Positions 10,391 through 20,271 of a stretch of DNA of 64,000 bases are shown here, one piece after another. Every line of letters starts with the position of its first letter. Position 1 is the first letter of the stretch. Origin of the DNA: Thermodesulfobacteriota bacterium (GTDB taxonomy: Bacteria; Desulfobacterota_D; UBA1144; Nemesobacterales; UBA2774). Both the position numbers and the translations under genes were made by a program. The stretch covers positions 27,998 to 91,997 of the forward strand of contig OY729416.1 in assembly GCA_963422265.1 (NCBI GenBank), read 5' to 3'. The notes beneath the pieces are model-generated. The model was not told the DNA's origin. It saw nothing but the letters and a program-made list of their open reading frames with translations, and made no database searches.

Positions 10391-13300
10391 AACAAGGGGC
10401 TGTTGCTTGAACCTACCCTCAACCTACTACAAATACGAACTGCGGGGATGAGTGCTACTAACAGCAATAGAAGAGCTAAAACCCCAGCGCCTTCACCCTT
10501 TCCTTCTGCACCAATAAGAGAGCAGCCCCTGCCTCCTCCGCAACTTTCAGAATCACATCCCTCACAGTCTCCCCCTTCATTCTCTTCTATACTCGTATCC
10601 ATGCCCTCTACGTTGACGGTTGAACATCCATCGTTGTATATGCCTCCCCCTGAAGATGCAAAGTTATTAGTTATAGTCGTAGATGACAGAGTTACTATTC
10701 CCCCCTCCACGTTCTTTATCGCTCCGCCGTTCTCCGACGCTTTGTTATCTCTCAACGTAACGCCCTTTAGCTCTAGCTCACCTCTATTCAGTATAGCTCC
10801 GCCCCCACCTTCTACACACCCGCCTCTGATTGTCGCATTTTCAATATATAGGATACCACCCTCGGCTACTGAAAATATACGGAACTTCTTTGCACTATCA
10901 TCATCGCAGCCTAAATCTGCGTCCCGCTCTATTATGGCTCCATTGCCCTCTATCTTTATTTTCACTCCATTTGGTATTTCTAGCAACGCGCTCTTACCTT
11001 CTTCCTTTTCTCCTCTCCCGATACTGCTGAGGGCAGAGTCGGACGTTGGGTCAAATAAAGTCGTCTCTGCCTTGCTGAACTTATACGTTCTCCCTTTTTC
11101 TAACACAATTTTTTGTGATGTAGAAGTCGTGTCCTTATTATCATAATCATCACCGCCCTGTTTTACTGCAGAACCTTCAGCGTCATTAAACTCAATTATG
11201 TTGTGAGGATCCTCAGGTGTTGCTATGACTGGGTCAGACGGTGTTCCTACAATGTTGCCAGCAATCGCGCGGATTTGGAAGTGATGTTCGACTTCGTTGG
11301 TCAGCCCACTCACGGTGTAAGAATCCGTGAATTGTCCACTGTTCGGAATGTCAGTCCAGTCTGAGGATTTGCTAGTGTCAGTGGGGACCCACCACTTGAA
11401 CTGATACTTCGTGATGTCGGAGTTAAGAGGATCATTCCATGACAAGTTCACCTCACCATCTCCCACTGTTGTCGTAAGGTTTGCAGGAGCACCTGGGGCT
11501 TCAATAGTATCGGTGTCATTAAACTCAATTCTGTTGTGAGGATCCTCAGGTGTTGCTGTGACTGGGTCGGTCTGTGCTCCTAGAACGTTGCCAGCAATCG
11601 CGCGGATGCGGAAGTAATGTTCGACTTCGTTGGTCAGCCCACTCACGGTGTAAGAATCCGTGAATTGTCCACTGTTCGGAATGTCAGTCCAGACCCTGTA
11701 TTTGCTAGTGTCAGTGGGGACCCACCACTTGAACTGATACTTCGTGATGTCGGAGTTAAGAGGATCATCCCATGACAAGTTCACCTCACCATCGCCCACT
11801 GTTGCCGTAAGTGCTTGGGGCTTTTCTGGAGCTTCAATAGTATCGGTGTTGTGAGGATCCTCAGGTGTCGCTGTGACTCGCAGGGATGAATCTCCTACAA
11901 TATCGCCGACTATAGCGCGGATGTAGAGATTATGGCTTACGCCGTTGGTCAGCCCTATCACCGTGTAAGAAGTCGTGTCCTTATCACTGTTTGGAATGTC
12001 AGTCCAGACCATGTATTTGTTATTATAGCCCCACCACCTTACCTGATACTTCGTGATGTTAGTGTTATTAGGCTTATCCCATGACAACGTTACCTGTGAT
12101 ATTCCTGCTGTCGCTTTAACTCCCTGAGGCGCGCCCGGGGCTAGCTCTGGCACTCCCGTTGTTGGCATTACCGTGATGCGCGAGGACGAATCTCCTACAA
12201 TATCGCCGACTATAGCGCGGATGTAGAGATTATGGCTTACGCCGTTGGTCAGCCCTATCACGGTGTAAGAAGTCGTGTCCTTATCACTGTTTGGAATGTC
12301 AGTCCAGTCTTTGTATTTGTTATTATAGCCCCACCACCTTACCTCATACTTCGTGATGTTAGGGTTGCTAGGATTGCTCCATGATAGCTCCACCTTGCCG
12401 TCCCCCGGTATCCCTGTAAGATTTGAGGGCCTGCCCGGACCCGGTATCCCCGTAATAACAACGGATGGCTTTCCTTCAACATTGCCAGCCATTGCGCGGA
12501 CCTGGAAGCGATAGAGGGTGCGGTTGCGTAGAAATCGCTCCGTGTAATCGGTCGTGTCCTTATCACTCCCCGGCATGTTAGTCCAGTCCTTGTATGCGCC
12601 GCTAATTGGAGTCCACCGCTTGACCTGATACTCGGTGATGTTAGGGTTATTAGGATTATCCCATGACAACGTTACCTGTGATATTCCTGGTGTCGCTGTA
12701 ACTCCCTGAGGCGCGCCCGGGGCTAGCTCTGGCACTCCCGTTGTTGGCATTACCGTGATGCGCGAGGACTCCTCTCCTACAACCTCGCCGACTATAGCGC
12801 GGATGTAGAAGTCATGGCTTACGCCGTTGGTCAGCCCACTCACCGTGTAATCGGTCGTGTCCTTATCACTCCCCGGAATGTCAGTCCAGGCTTTGTCTTT
12901 GCCATTATGTCCCCACCACTTGAACTGATACTTCGTAATGTTGGGGTTATTAGGATTGCTCCATGATAGCTCCACCTGTCCGTCCCCCGGTGTCCCCGTA
13001 AGATGTGCAGGACTGCCCGGGGCCCGATCCCCCGGTGTCACCGTAAGATTTGCAGGACTGCTCGGGACCTGATCCCCCGGTGTCACCGTAATGATAGCGG
13101 ATTCCTGTCCCGGAATGTTGCCAACGACTGCACGAACTTGGAAGCGATAGAGGGTGCCGTTGCGTAGAAATCGCTCCGTGTAAAGGACCGTGTCTGCTCC
13201 ACTGTTTGGCATTTTGGTCCAGGCCTTGTATGCTTGGTTATATGGAGTCCACCGCTTGACCTGATACTCGGTGATGTTAGGGTTATTAGGATTATCCCAT

Positions 13301-14346
13301 TTCAACGTTACCTGTGATATGCCTGCTGTCGCTGTAAATCCCTGAGGCGCGGGGGTTGGCCCTGGCGTGGGTGTTTCTGCTGGAGTCGCCGTGACGCGCG
13401 AGGACTCCTCTCCTATAACATCGCCGTCTACTATAACGCGGATGTAGAAGCTATACCTTACGTCGTTGGGCAGATACTTCACCGTGTAATCGGTCGTGTC
13501 CTTATTACTCCCCGGAATGTCAGTCCAGATTTTGTATTTGCCATTATCGCCCCACCATCTGACCTGATACTTCGTGATGCGGGGGTTATTAGGATTATCC
13601 CAGTTCAACTTTACATTTGACATGTCTGCTGTTGCTGTAACTCCTTGAGGCGCGCCCGGACTTGTTGTTGGTATTGTTGGCGTCGCCGTGACGCGCGAGG
13701 ACTCCTCTCCTATTCCTATAGCATCGCCTTCTACTATAGCACGGATGTAGAAGCTATACCTTACGCCGTTGATCAGTCCCCTCACAGTGTAAGAGGTTGT
13801 GTCCTTATCACTCCCCGGAATTTTAGTCCAGACCCTGTATTCGCCATTATCGCCCCACAACCTGATCTGATAGCTCGTGATGTCGGAGTCATTAGGATTA
13901 TCCCAGTTCAACTTTACCTGTGATCTTTCCGCTGTCGCTGTAACTCCCTGAGGCGCGACCGGGGCTGTTGGCGTCGCCGTGACGCGCGAGGACGACTCTC
14001 CTATAGCATAGCCGTCTGCTATAGCGCGGATGTAGAAGCTATGCCTTACGCCGCTGATCAGCCCCCTCACAGTGTAAGAGGTTGTGTCCTTATCACTCCC
14101 CGGAATTTTAGTCCAGACCCTGTATTTGCCATTATCGCCCCACCACCTGATCTGATAGCTCGTGATGTCGTAGTTATTAGGATTATCCCAGTTCAACGTT
14201 ACCTGTGATCTTCCCGCTGTCGCTGTAACTCCCTGAGGCGCGACCGGGATTGTCTCCTGCGCCCTAGAGTGAGTTGATAAGCCAATTGTGAGTGAAAGAA
14301 CCCCTAATAGGATGGGGAAAGATATACTAGATACTTGGATATTCAT
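10387..14346 (-). CDS. Surface protein with 10 fibronectin type III repeats, a GGAI-repeat domain and a C-terminal GCS-TM sorting signal
   Basis: Signal peptide; 10 units of P..P...TA.......V.L.W..P....I..Y..W; GGGAI/NGGAI/GGGIYN repeats; GGGRGCSL plus hydrophobic helix plus basic tail. Confidence 0.92.
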   Translation of the reverse strand: MNIQVSSISFPILLGVLSLTIGLSTHSRAQETIPVAPQGVTATAGRSQVTLNWDNPNNYDITSYQIRWWGDNGKYRVWTKIPGSDKDTTSYTVRGLISGVRHSFYIRAIADGYAIGESSSRVTATPTAPVAPQGVTATAERSQVKLNWDNPNDSDITSYQIRLWGDNGEYRVWTKIPGSDKDTTSYTVRGLINGVRYSFYIRAIVEGDAIGIGEESSRVTATPTIPTTSPGAPQGVTATADMSNVKLNWDNPNNPRITKYQVRWWGDNGKYKIWTDIPGSNKDTTDYTVKYLPNDVRYSFYIRVIVDGDVIGEESSRVTATPAETPTPGPTPAPQGFTATAGISQVTLKWDNPNNPNITEYQVKRWTPYNQAYKAWTKMPNSGADTVLYTERFLRNGTLYRFQVRAVVGNIPGQESAIITVTPGDQVPSSPANLTVTPGDRAPGSPAHLTGTPGDGQVELSWSNPNNPNITKYQFKWWGHNGKDKAWTDIPGSDKDTTDYTVSGLTNGVSHDFYIRAIVGEVVGEESSRITVMPTTGVPELAPGAPQGVTATPGISQVTLSWDNPNNPNITEYQVKRWTPISGAYKDWTNMPGSDKDTTDYTERFLRNRTLYRFQVRAMAGNVEGKPSVVITGIPGPGRPSNLTGIPGDGKVELSWSNPSNPNITKYEVRWWGYNNKYKDWTDIPNSDKDTTSYTVIGLTNGVSHNLYIRAIVGDIVGDSSSRITVMPTTGVPELAPGAPQGVKATAGISQVTLSWDKPNNTNITKYQVRWWGYNNKYMVWTDIPNSDKDTTSYTVIGLTNGVSHNLYIRAIVGDIVGDSSLRVTATPEDPHNTDTIEAPEKPQALTATVGDGEVNLSWDDPLNSDITKYQFKWWVPTDTSKYRVWTDIPNSGQFTDSYTVSGLTNEVEHYFRIRAIAGNVLGAQTDPVTATPEDPHNRIEFNDTDTIEAPGAPANLTTTVGDGEVNLSWNDPLNSDITKYQFKWWVPTDTSKSSDWTDIPNSGQFTDSYTVSGLTNEVEHHFQIRAIAGNIVGTPSDPVIATPEDPHNIIEFNDAEGSAVKQGGDDYDNKDTTSTSQKIVLEKGRTYKFSKAETTLFDPTSDSALSSIGRGEKEEGKSALLEIPNGVKIKIEGNGAIIERDADLGCDDDSAKKFRIFSVAEGGILYIENATIRGGCVEGGGGAILNRGELELKGVTLRDNKASENGGAIKNVEGGIVTLSSTTITNNFASSGGGIYNDGCSTVNVEGMDTSIEENEGGDCEGCDSESCGGGRGCSLIGAEGKGEGAGVLALLLLLVALIPAVRICSRLRVGSSNSPLF

Positions 14347-14536
14347 TGCTTGTCTCCCTAATATGTATATAAGTACTTCTACACAATAAATATGGGACGA
14401 TCAAGTAGTTTTTCCCTTTAACTTTATAAATAGCTACAGATTTTCTTCCAACAGTCTGTTCCACGCTTTGGAAATTAAAGATGAATATCACCAATGAAAT
14501 GGTCGGTAGTGACGAGTTGAGTGATATGTCTAAATC

Positions 14537-14793
14537 GTCATTTCTGTGAAAGCACGTACCTGTATGTATTAAGCGAGGGCAGGGGTGTCCAGGGGGTATG
14601 TGTAAAGGGAAGTCTGAATTGTTCCCTGCTTTTGTGGTTGCCCTGAGGTATGGTGGAGATGGGTAACCACAAGGGTTACCCCTACAGGTGATGGAAAGGG
14701 TGGGAATGATGGAGAAGCACCCTCACCCTGTATCCCTCTCCCAGTAGGGAGAGGGGAATATAAAGAAACTTGATTGGGAAGGGTTACCCCTAC
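14537..14793. repeat. Composite repeat block between FN3 genes 1 and 2
   Basis: gtcatttctgtgaaagcacgtacctgtatgtattaagcgagggcagg..., a copy of 10145-10390. Confidence 0.9.
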
Positions 14794-17700
14794 AACAAGG
14801 GGCTGCTGCTTGAACCTACCCTCAACCTACTACAAATACGAACTGCGGGGATGAGTGCTACTAACAGCAATAGAAGAGCTAAAACCCCAGCGCCTTCACC
14901 CTTTCCTTCTGCACCAATAAGAGAGCATCCCCTGCCTCCTCCGCAACTTTCAGAATCACATCCCTCACAGTCTCCCCCTCCATTCTCTTCTATACTCGTA
15001 TCCATGTCCTCTACGTTGACGGTTGAACATCCATCGTTGTATATGCCTCCCCCTGAAGATGCAAAGTTGTTAGTTATAGTCGTAGATGACAGAGTTACTA
15101 TTCCCCCCTCCACGTTCTTTATCGCTCCGCCGTTCTCCGACGCTTTGTTATCTCTCAACGTAACGCCCTTTAGCTCTAGCTCACCTCTATTCAGTATAGC
15201 TCCGCCCCCACCTTCTACACACCCGCCTCTGATTGTCGCATTTTCAATATATAGGATACCACCCTCGGCTACTGAAAATATACGGAACTTCTTTGCACTA
15301 TCATCATCGCAGCCTAAATCTGCGTCCCGCTCTATTATGGCTCCATTGCCCTCTATCTTTATTTTCACTCCATTTGGTATTTCTAGCAACGCGCTCTTAC
15401 CTTCTTCCTTTTCTCCTCTCCCGATACTGCTGAGGGCAGAGTCGGACGTTGGGTCAAATAAAGTCGTCTCTGCCTTGCTGAACTTATACGTTCTCCCTTC
15501 TTCTAACACAATTTTTTGTGATGTAGAAGTCGTGTCCTTATTATCATAATCATCACCGCCCTGTTTTACTGCAGAACCTTCAGCGTCATTAAACTCAATT
15601 ATGTTGTGAGGATCCTCAGGTGTTGCTATGACTGGGTCAGACGGTGTTCCTACAATGTTGCCAGCAATCGCGCGGATTTGGAAGTGATGTTCGACTTCGT
15701 TGGTCAGCCCACTCACGGTGTAAGAAGTCGTGAATTGTTCATTGCTCGGAATGTCAGTCCAGTCTGAGGATTTGCTAGCGTCAGTGGGGACCCACCACTT
15801 GAACTGATACTTCGTGATGTCGGAGTTAAGAGGATCATTCCATGACAAGGTCACCTCACCATCGCCCACTGTTGTCGTAAGTCCTTGGGGCTTTTCTGGA
15901 GCTTCAATAGTATCGGTGTCAATAAACTCAATTATGTTGTGAGGATCCTCAGGTGTTGCTGTGACTGGGTCGGTCTGTGTTCCTAGAAGGTTGCCAGCAA
16001 TCGCGCGGATGCGGAAGTAATGTTCGACTTCGTTGGTCAGCCCTATCACCGTGTGAGAAGTCGTGAATTGTCCACTGTTCGGAATGTCAGTCCAGACCCT
16101 GTATTTGCTAGTGTCAGTGGGGACCCACCACTTGAACTGATACTTCGTGATGTCAGAGTTAAGAGGATCATCCCATGACAAGGTTACCTCACCATCGCCC
16201 ACTGTTGCCGTAAGTGCTTGGGGCTTTTCTGGAGCTTCAATAGTATCGGTGTTGTGAGGATCCTCAGGTGTCGCTGTGACTCGCAGGGATGAATCTCCTA
16301 CAACCTCGCCGACTATAGCGCGGATGTAGAGATTATGCCTTACGCCGTTGGTCAGCCCACTCACCGTGTAAGCGGTCGTGTCCTTATCACTGTTTGGAAT
16401 GTCAGTCCAGACCATGTATTTGTTATTATAGCCCCACCACCTTACCTCATACTTCGTGATGTCGGGGTTACTAGGCTTATCCCATGACAACGTTACCTCA
16501 CTATTGCCCGGCGTTGCCGTAAGGTTTGCAGGAGCACCTGGGGCTAGCTCTGGCGCTCCCGTTGTTGGCATTACCGTGATGCGCCGGGACGAATCTCCTA
16601 CAACCTCGCCGACTATAGCGCGGATGTAGAGATTATGGCTTACGCCGTTGGTCAGCCCACTCACCGTGTAAGAAGTCGTGTCCTTATCACTCCCCGGAAT
16701 TTCAGTCCAGACCATGTATTTGTTATTATAGCCCCACCACCTTACCTCATACTTCGTGATGTCGGGGTTACTAGGCTTATCCCATGATAGCTCCACCTTG
16801 CCGTCCCCCGGTATCCCCGTAAGATTTGAGGGCCTGCTCGGGACCTGATCCCCCGGTGTCACCGTAAGATTTGCAGGACTGCTCGGGACCTGATCCCCCG
16901 GTATCCCCGTAACGATAGCGGATTCCTGTCCCGGAATGTTGCCAACGACTGCACGAACTTGGAAGCGATAGAGGGTACCGTTGTCTAGAAATCGCTCCGT
17001 GTAAAGGACCGTGTCTGCTCCACTGTTTGGCATGTTGGTCCAGGTCTTGTATGCGTGGTTATATGGAGTCCACCGCTTGACCTGATACTTCGTGATGTCG
17101 GGGTTATTAGGATTACTCCATTTCAACGTTACCTGTGATTCTCCTGGTGTTGCTGTAACTCCCTGAGGCGCGGGGATTGGCCCTGGCACGGGTGTTGTTG
17201 CTGGCGTCGCCGTGACGCGCGAGGACTCCTCTCCTATAGCATAGCCGTTTACTATAACGCGGATGTAGAAGCTATACCTTACGTCGTTGGGCAGATACCT
17301 CACCGTGTGAGACGTCGTGAATTGTCCACTGTTCGGAATGTCAGTCCAGGTTTTGTATTTGCCATTATCACCCCACCATCTGACCTGATACTTCATGATG
17401 CGGGGGTTATTAGGATTAGCCCAGTTCAACGTTACCTGTGATATGTTTACTGTCGCTGTAACTCCTTGAGGCGCGCCCGGAATTGTTGTTGTTGTTGGTG
17501 TTGTTGGCGTCGCCGTGACGCGCGAGGACTCCTCTCCTATAGCATCGCCGACTATAGCGCGGATGTAGAAGCTATGCTTTTTGCCGTTGATCAGCCCACT
17601 CACCGTGTAATCGGTTGTGTCCTTATGACTCCCAGGAATGTCAGTCCAGACTCTGTATTCACCATTATCATTGCCCCACCACCTTACCTGATACTTCGTG

Positions 17701-17882
17701 ATGTCGGAGTTATTAGGATTAGCCCAGTTCAACGTTACCTGTGATCTTCCCGCTGCCGCTCTAACTTCCTGAGGCGCGCCCGGGACTGTCTCCTGCGCCC
17801 TAGAGTGAGTTGATAAGCCAATTGTGAGTGAAAGAATCCCTAATAGGATGGAGAAAGACATACTAGATACTTGGATATTCAT
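14790..17882 (-). CDS. Paralogous surface protein with 7 FN3 repeats, a GGAI-repeat domain and a GCS-TM sorting signal
   Basis: Same architecture as 10387-14346; C-terminal ~300 aa and signal peptide nearly identical. Confidence 0.92.
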   Translation of the reverse strand: MNIQVSSMSFSILLGILSLTIGLSTHSRAQETVPGAPQEVRAAAGRSQVTLNWANPNNSDITKYQVRWWGNDNGEYRVWTDIPGSHKDTTDYTVSGLINGKKHSFYIRAIVGDAIGEESSRVTATPTTPTTTTIPGAPQGVTATVNISQVTLNWANPNNPRIMKYQVRWWGDNGKYKTWTDIPNSGQFTTSHTVRYLPNDVRYSFYIRVIVNGYAIGEESSRVTATPATTPVPGPIPAPQGVTATPGESQVTLKWSNPNNPDITKYQVKRWTPYNHAYKTWTNMPNSGADTVLYTERFLDNGTLYRFQVRAVVGNIPGQESAIVTGIPGDQVPSSPANLTVTPGDQVPSRPSNLTGIPGDGKVELSWDKPSNPDITKYEVRWWGYNNKYMVWTEIPGSDKDTTSYTVSGLTNGVSHNLYIRAIVGEVVGDSSRRITVMPTTGAPELAPGAPANLTATPGNSEVTLSWDKPSNPDITKYEVRWWGYNNKYMVWTDIPNSDKDTTAYTVSGLTNGVRHNLYIRAIVGEVVGDSSLRVTATPEDPHNTDTIEAPEKPQALTATVGDGEVTLSWDDPLNSDITKYQFKWWVPTDTSKYRVWTDIPNSGQFTTSHTVIGLTNEVEHYFRIRAIAGNLLGTQTDPVTATPEDPHNIIEFIDTDTIEAPEKPQGLTTTVGDGEVTLSWNDPLNSDITKYQFKWWVPTDASKSSDWTDIPSNEQFTTSYTVSGLTNEVEHHFQIRAIAGNIVGTPSDPVIATPEDPHNIIEFNDAEGSAVKQGGDDYDNKDTTSTSQKIVLEEGRTYKFSKAETTLFDPTSDSALSSIGRGEKEEGKSALLEIPNGVKIKIEGNGAIIERDADLGCDDDSAKKFRIFSVAEGGILYIENATIRGGCVEGGGGAILNRGELELKGVTLRDNKASENGGAIKNVEGGIVTLSSTTITNNFASSGGGIYNDGCSTVNVEDMDTSIEENGGGDCEGCDSESCGGGRGCSLIGAEGKGEGAGVLALLLLLVALIPAVRICSRLRVGSSSSPLL

Positions 17883-18078
17883 TTCTTGTCTCCTTAATAT
17901 GTATATATAGTTAAGTACTTCTACACAATAAATATGGGATGATCAAGTAGTTTTCCCCTTTAACTTTATAAATAGCTACAGATTTTCTTCCAACAGTCTG
18001 TTCCACGCTTTGGAAATTAAAGATGAATATCACCAATGAAGTGGTCGGTAGTGACGAGTTGAGTGATATGTCTAAATC

Positions 18079-18282
18079 GTCATTTCTGTGAAAGCACGTT
18101 CCTGTATGTATTAAGCAAGGGCAGGAATCCAGAGGGGATGGAGAGAGGAAAGGAAGTGATTATCGTTCCCCGACCCTCTTTCTGGATTCCCGCCCGGTGA
18201 CGGGAATGACGGGGGGGGGGGTAGGGTAGGGGCGACACTTGTGGTCACCCTGAGCTGTGGTTGTTATGTGGGTACCCCTACA
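18079..18282. repeat. Composite repeat block (third boundary repeat, GTCATTCCC-type element and REP doublet)
   Basis: gtcatttctgtgaaagcacgttcctgtatgtattaagcaagggcaggaatcc; ggattcccgcccggtgacgggaatgac; gtaggggcgacacttgtggtcaccc..gggtacccctac. Confidence 0.88.
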
Positions 18283-18284
18283 CG

Positions 18285-19028
18285 TCATTTGTCGTGCGCA
18301 AAATGCAGCCCGCATTCCTTGTTGGCTTCCTTTTCCCACCACCAGCGACCCGACCTCGGATCCTGTCCGGGCTCAACTGCCCGCGTGCATGGGGCACACC
18401 CGATGCTGGGGTAACCAAGGTCGTGAAGTTTATTGTAAGGCACCTTGTTTTTCCTTACATAATCCCATATCTGCTCGGAAGACCAATCGACAATTGGGTT
18501 TATCTTTAGTATTCCGCCGTGGAGCTCGTCCATCTCGAATTTCATTGCACTTGTTCTGTTCTCGGTCTGATCCCTTCTTATTGAGGTAATCCATGCGTCT
18601 AGCCCTACAAGGTATCTATTGAGGGGCTTTACCTTACGAACTTCGCAGCACAAGATTCTATTTTGTCTGCCCTTGTAAAAGAGGTTGATTCCGTGGTCGT
18701 TTACCATCCTTTCAACTTCGTTCTTGTTCGGAAATAGGATTTCTATCCTAGTGTCGTAGGCACTACGAATACGGTCCATCACGTCGTAAGTTTCTTGATT
18801 TAGCCTTCCTGTGTCGAGCGTAAAGATGGGTATAGCATCCGTAGGTGCTTGGTCGGGATCGGGGTTGCGGCGAACGTTCATAAGCATATCTATAAGGACT
18901 ACTCCCTGTGACTGAAAGCTGGTCGCGAGTGCGACCCTCAGCCGCAGTGGCGAACGCGCTTTGTCGTAAGCCCACCTAAGAATCTCCTCGGGACCGCTCT
19001 TTTCAAACCTACTGTTTAACTCATTCAC
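18285..19028 (-). CDS. cysH: Adenosine 5'-phosphosulfate (APS/PAPS) reductase; true start possibly ATT at 19103
   Basis: TLDTG, CCEVRKVKPL, SIGCAPCT, RSGRW, KECGLH; the CC/CxxC Fe-S ligands indicate the APS type. Confidence 0.94.
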   Translation of the reverse strand: MNELNSRFEKSGPEEILRWAYDKARSPLRLRVALATSFQSQGVVLIDMLMNVRRNPDPDQAPTDAIPIFTLDTGRLNQETYDVMDRIRSAYDTRIEILFPNKNEVERMVNDHGINLFYKGRQNRILCCEVRKVKPLNRYLVGLDAWITSIRRDQTENRTSAMKFEMDELHGGILKINPIVDWSSEQIWDYVRKNKVPYNKLHDLGYPSIGCAPCTRAVEPGQDPRSGRWWWEKEANKECGLHFAHDK

Positions 19029-19245
19029 CTGCGCGGCGGAAAATTTCGGTCTAGTTTCGTTGACGTTCAGTGATTCTTGATCATCGTTGCTTGAAAGATT
19101 AATTGTTTGGTGCCTCCTTCTTAATTAGATGGAAACTCGCTCTTAATGTTATCTCCTTGTCGGGGGCTTGGGAGAGATGCCCTCAATCATTCCCGCCCCC
19201 TCGCTTAATAAACCTGCACCTACGCGTCTGCAGCATGCGAATAAA

Positions 19246-20259
19246 TTAAAAGCCTACGCTCTTACTTATAATCGCACCTACGTTGTAATCAAAATATAGA
19301 GACGACAAACCATACCCCATAGCCACGGCTATGAAAGGTATTACGATCCAGAAGAACGCTATACGCACAACATGGCGATTGCGCGCCGTTGCCGCAAATC
19401 CATTCTGAGCGCATGAGAACCCTATTATGCCAGAGGTAACTATTTCTGCTATTGAAACGGGAATGCCTGAGAAAGAGGCGACGAGGATAAGAGCAGCCCC
19501 CGTAAATTCAACCGAGACGGCTCTTATAATGCAAATCTCAGTGATCTCCTTGCCCACCGTCTCAAGCACCCTGCCCCCGAACAGCAGCGCCCCTACGCCC
19601 ATAGCCAACCCGGCTAAGACAGCTCCGTCAAAAGAGCTAATGAGCCCAAGACCAACAATCGGTCCAATGGCGTTCGCTGAATTATTAGCCCCTGCCGAGA
19701 AGGCGAGAAAAGAGCCAGAGATGGTAATCATAACAATTAATATCCTATTGATGCTGGCTTCCTGATAACGGTCCGAGAGAAACTTGAGCGTCTTGAAATA
19801 CAAGAATCTAGCGACGAGATAATTGATTACCCAGGCGAGGGCTGGCGCCGCAACCCACCAGATGATTATTTCAGTAAACTTCCCCGTGTTCAACGATCCC
19901 GCGTAAAGCCCTACGCCCGCTATGGCGCAGACTATGGCGTGCGTAGTGGCTATTGGCACACGCGCCACGTTCGCCCACGATACGAAAATTATCGCTATTA
20001 CGAAAATAATTAAAACCAAGCCTACGTGAGACGATAGTATTTCACTCGGAACAAGTCCCTTGCCAAGGGTGCGCACTACGGGGGCGCCTGCTATTATTGC
20101 CCCCAGCAAAGCGAAAACGGCTATTATTACCGTAGCTTGACGTTTGGTTCGGACACCGGCTCCATAGGCGGTAGCCATTGAGGCGGCTGAATTATTAGCC
20201 CCTATGTTAAGGGCGAGAAACGCTGCGAGCGCTATTGAAATTGGAAGTATAAGTTCCAA
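19246..20259 (-). CDS. PiT-family inorganic phosphate/sulfate transporter
   Basis: Two GANN signature motifs and multiple TM helices. Confidence 0.9.
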   Translation of the reverse strand: MELILPISIALAAFLALNIGANNSAASMATAYGAGVRTKRQATVIIAVFALLGAIIAGAPVVRTLGKGLVPSEILSSHVGLVLIIFVIAIIFVSWANVARVPIATTHAIVCAIAGVGLYAGSLNTGKFTEIIIWWVAAPALAWVINYLVARFLYFKTLKFLSDRYQEASINRILIVMITISGSFLAFSAGANNSANAIGPIVGLGLISSFDGAVLAGLAMGVGALLFGGRVLETVGKEITEICIIRAVSVEFTGAALILVASFSGIPVSIAEIVTSGIIGFSCAQNGFAATARNRHVVRIAFFWIVIPFIAVAMGYGLSSLYFDYNVGAIISKSVGF

Positions 20260-20271
20260 GTCTTAATCTCC

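Noticed and set aside
10403-15549. 247 aa and 259 aa plus-strand ORFs
   Set aside because: Antisense shadows of the FN3 genes' C-terminal region; Ser/Pro-rich with no motif
10387-17882. Diversity-generating retroelement acting on the FN3 genes
   Set aside because: No reverse transcriptase in the window, and differences between copies are not confined to adenines
10145-18125. Classical integron cassette array
   Set aside because: No integron integrase; the boundary repeat lacks the RYYYAAC..GTTRRRY attC ends
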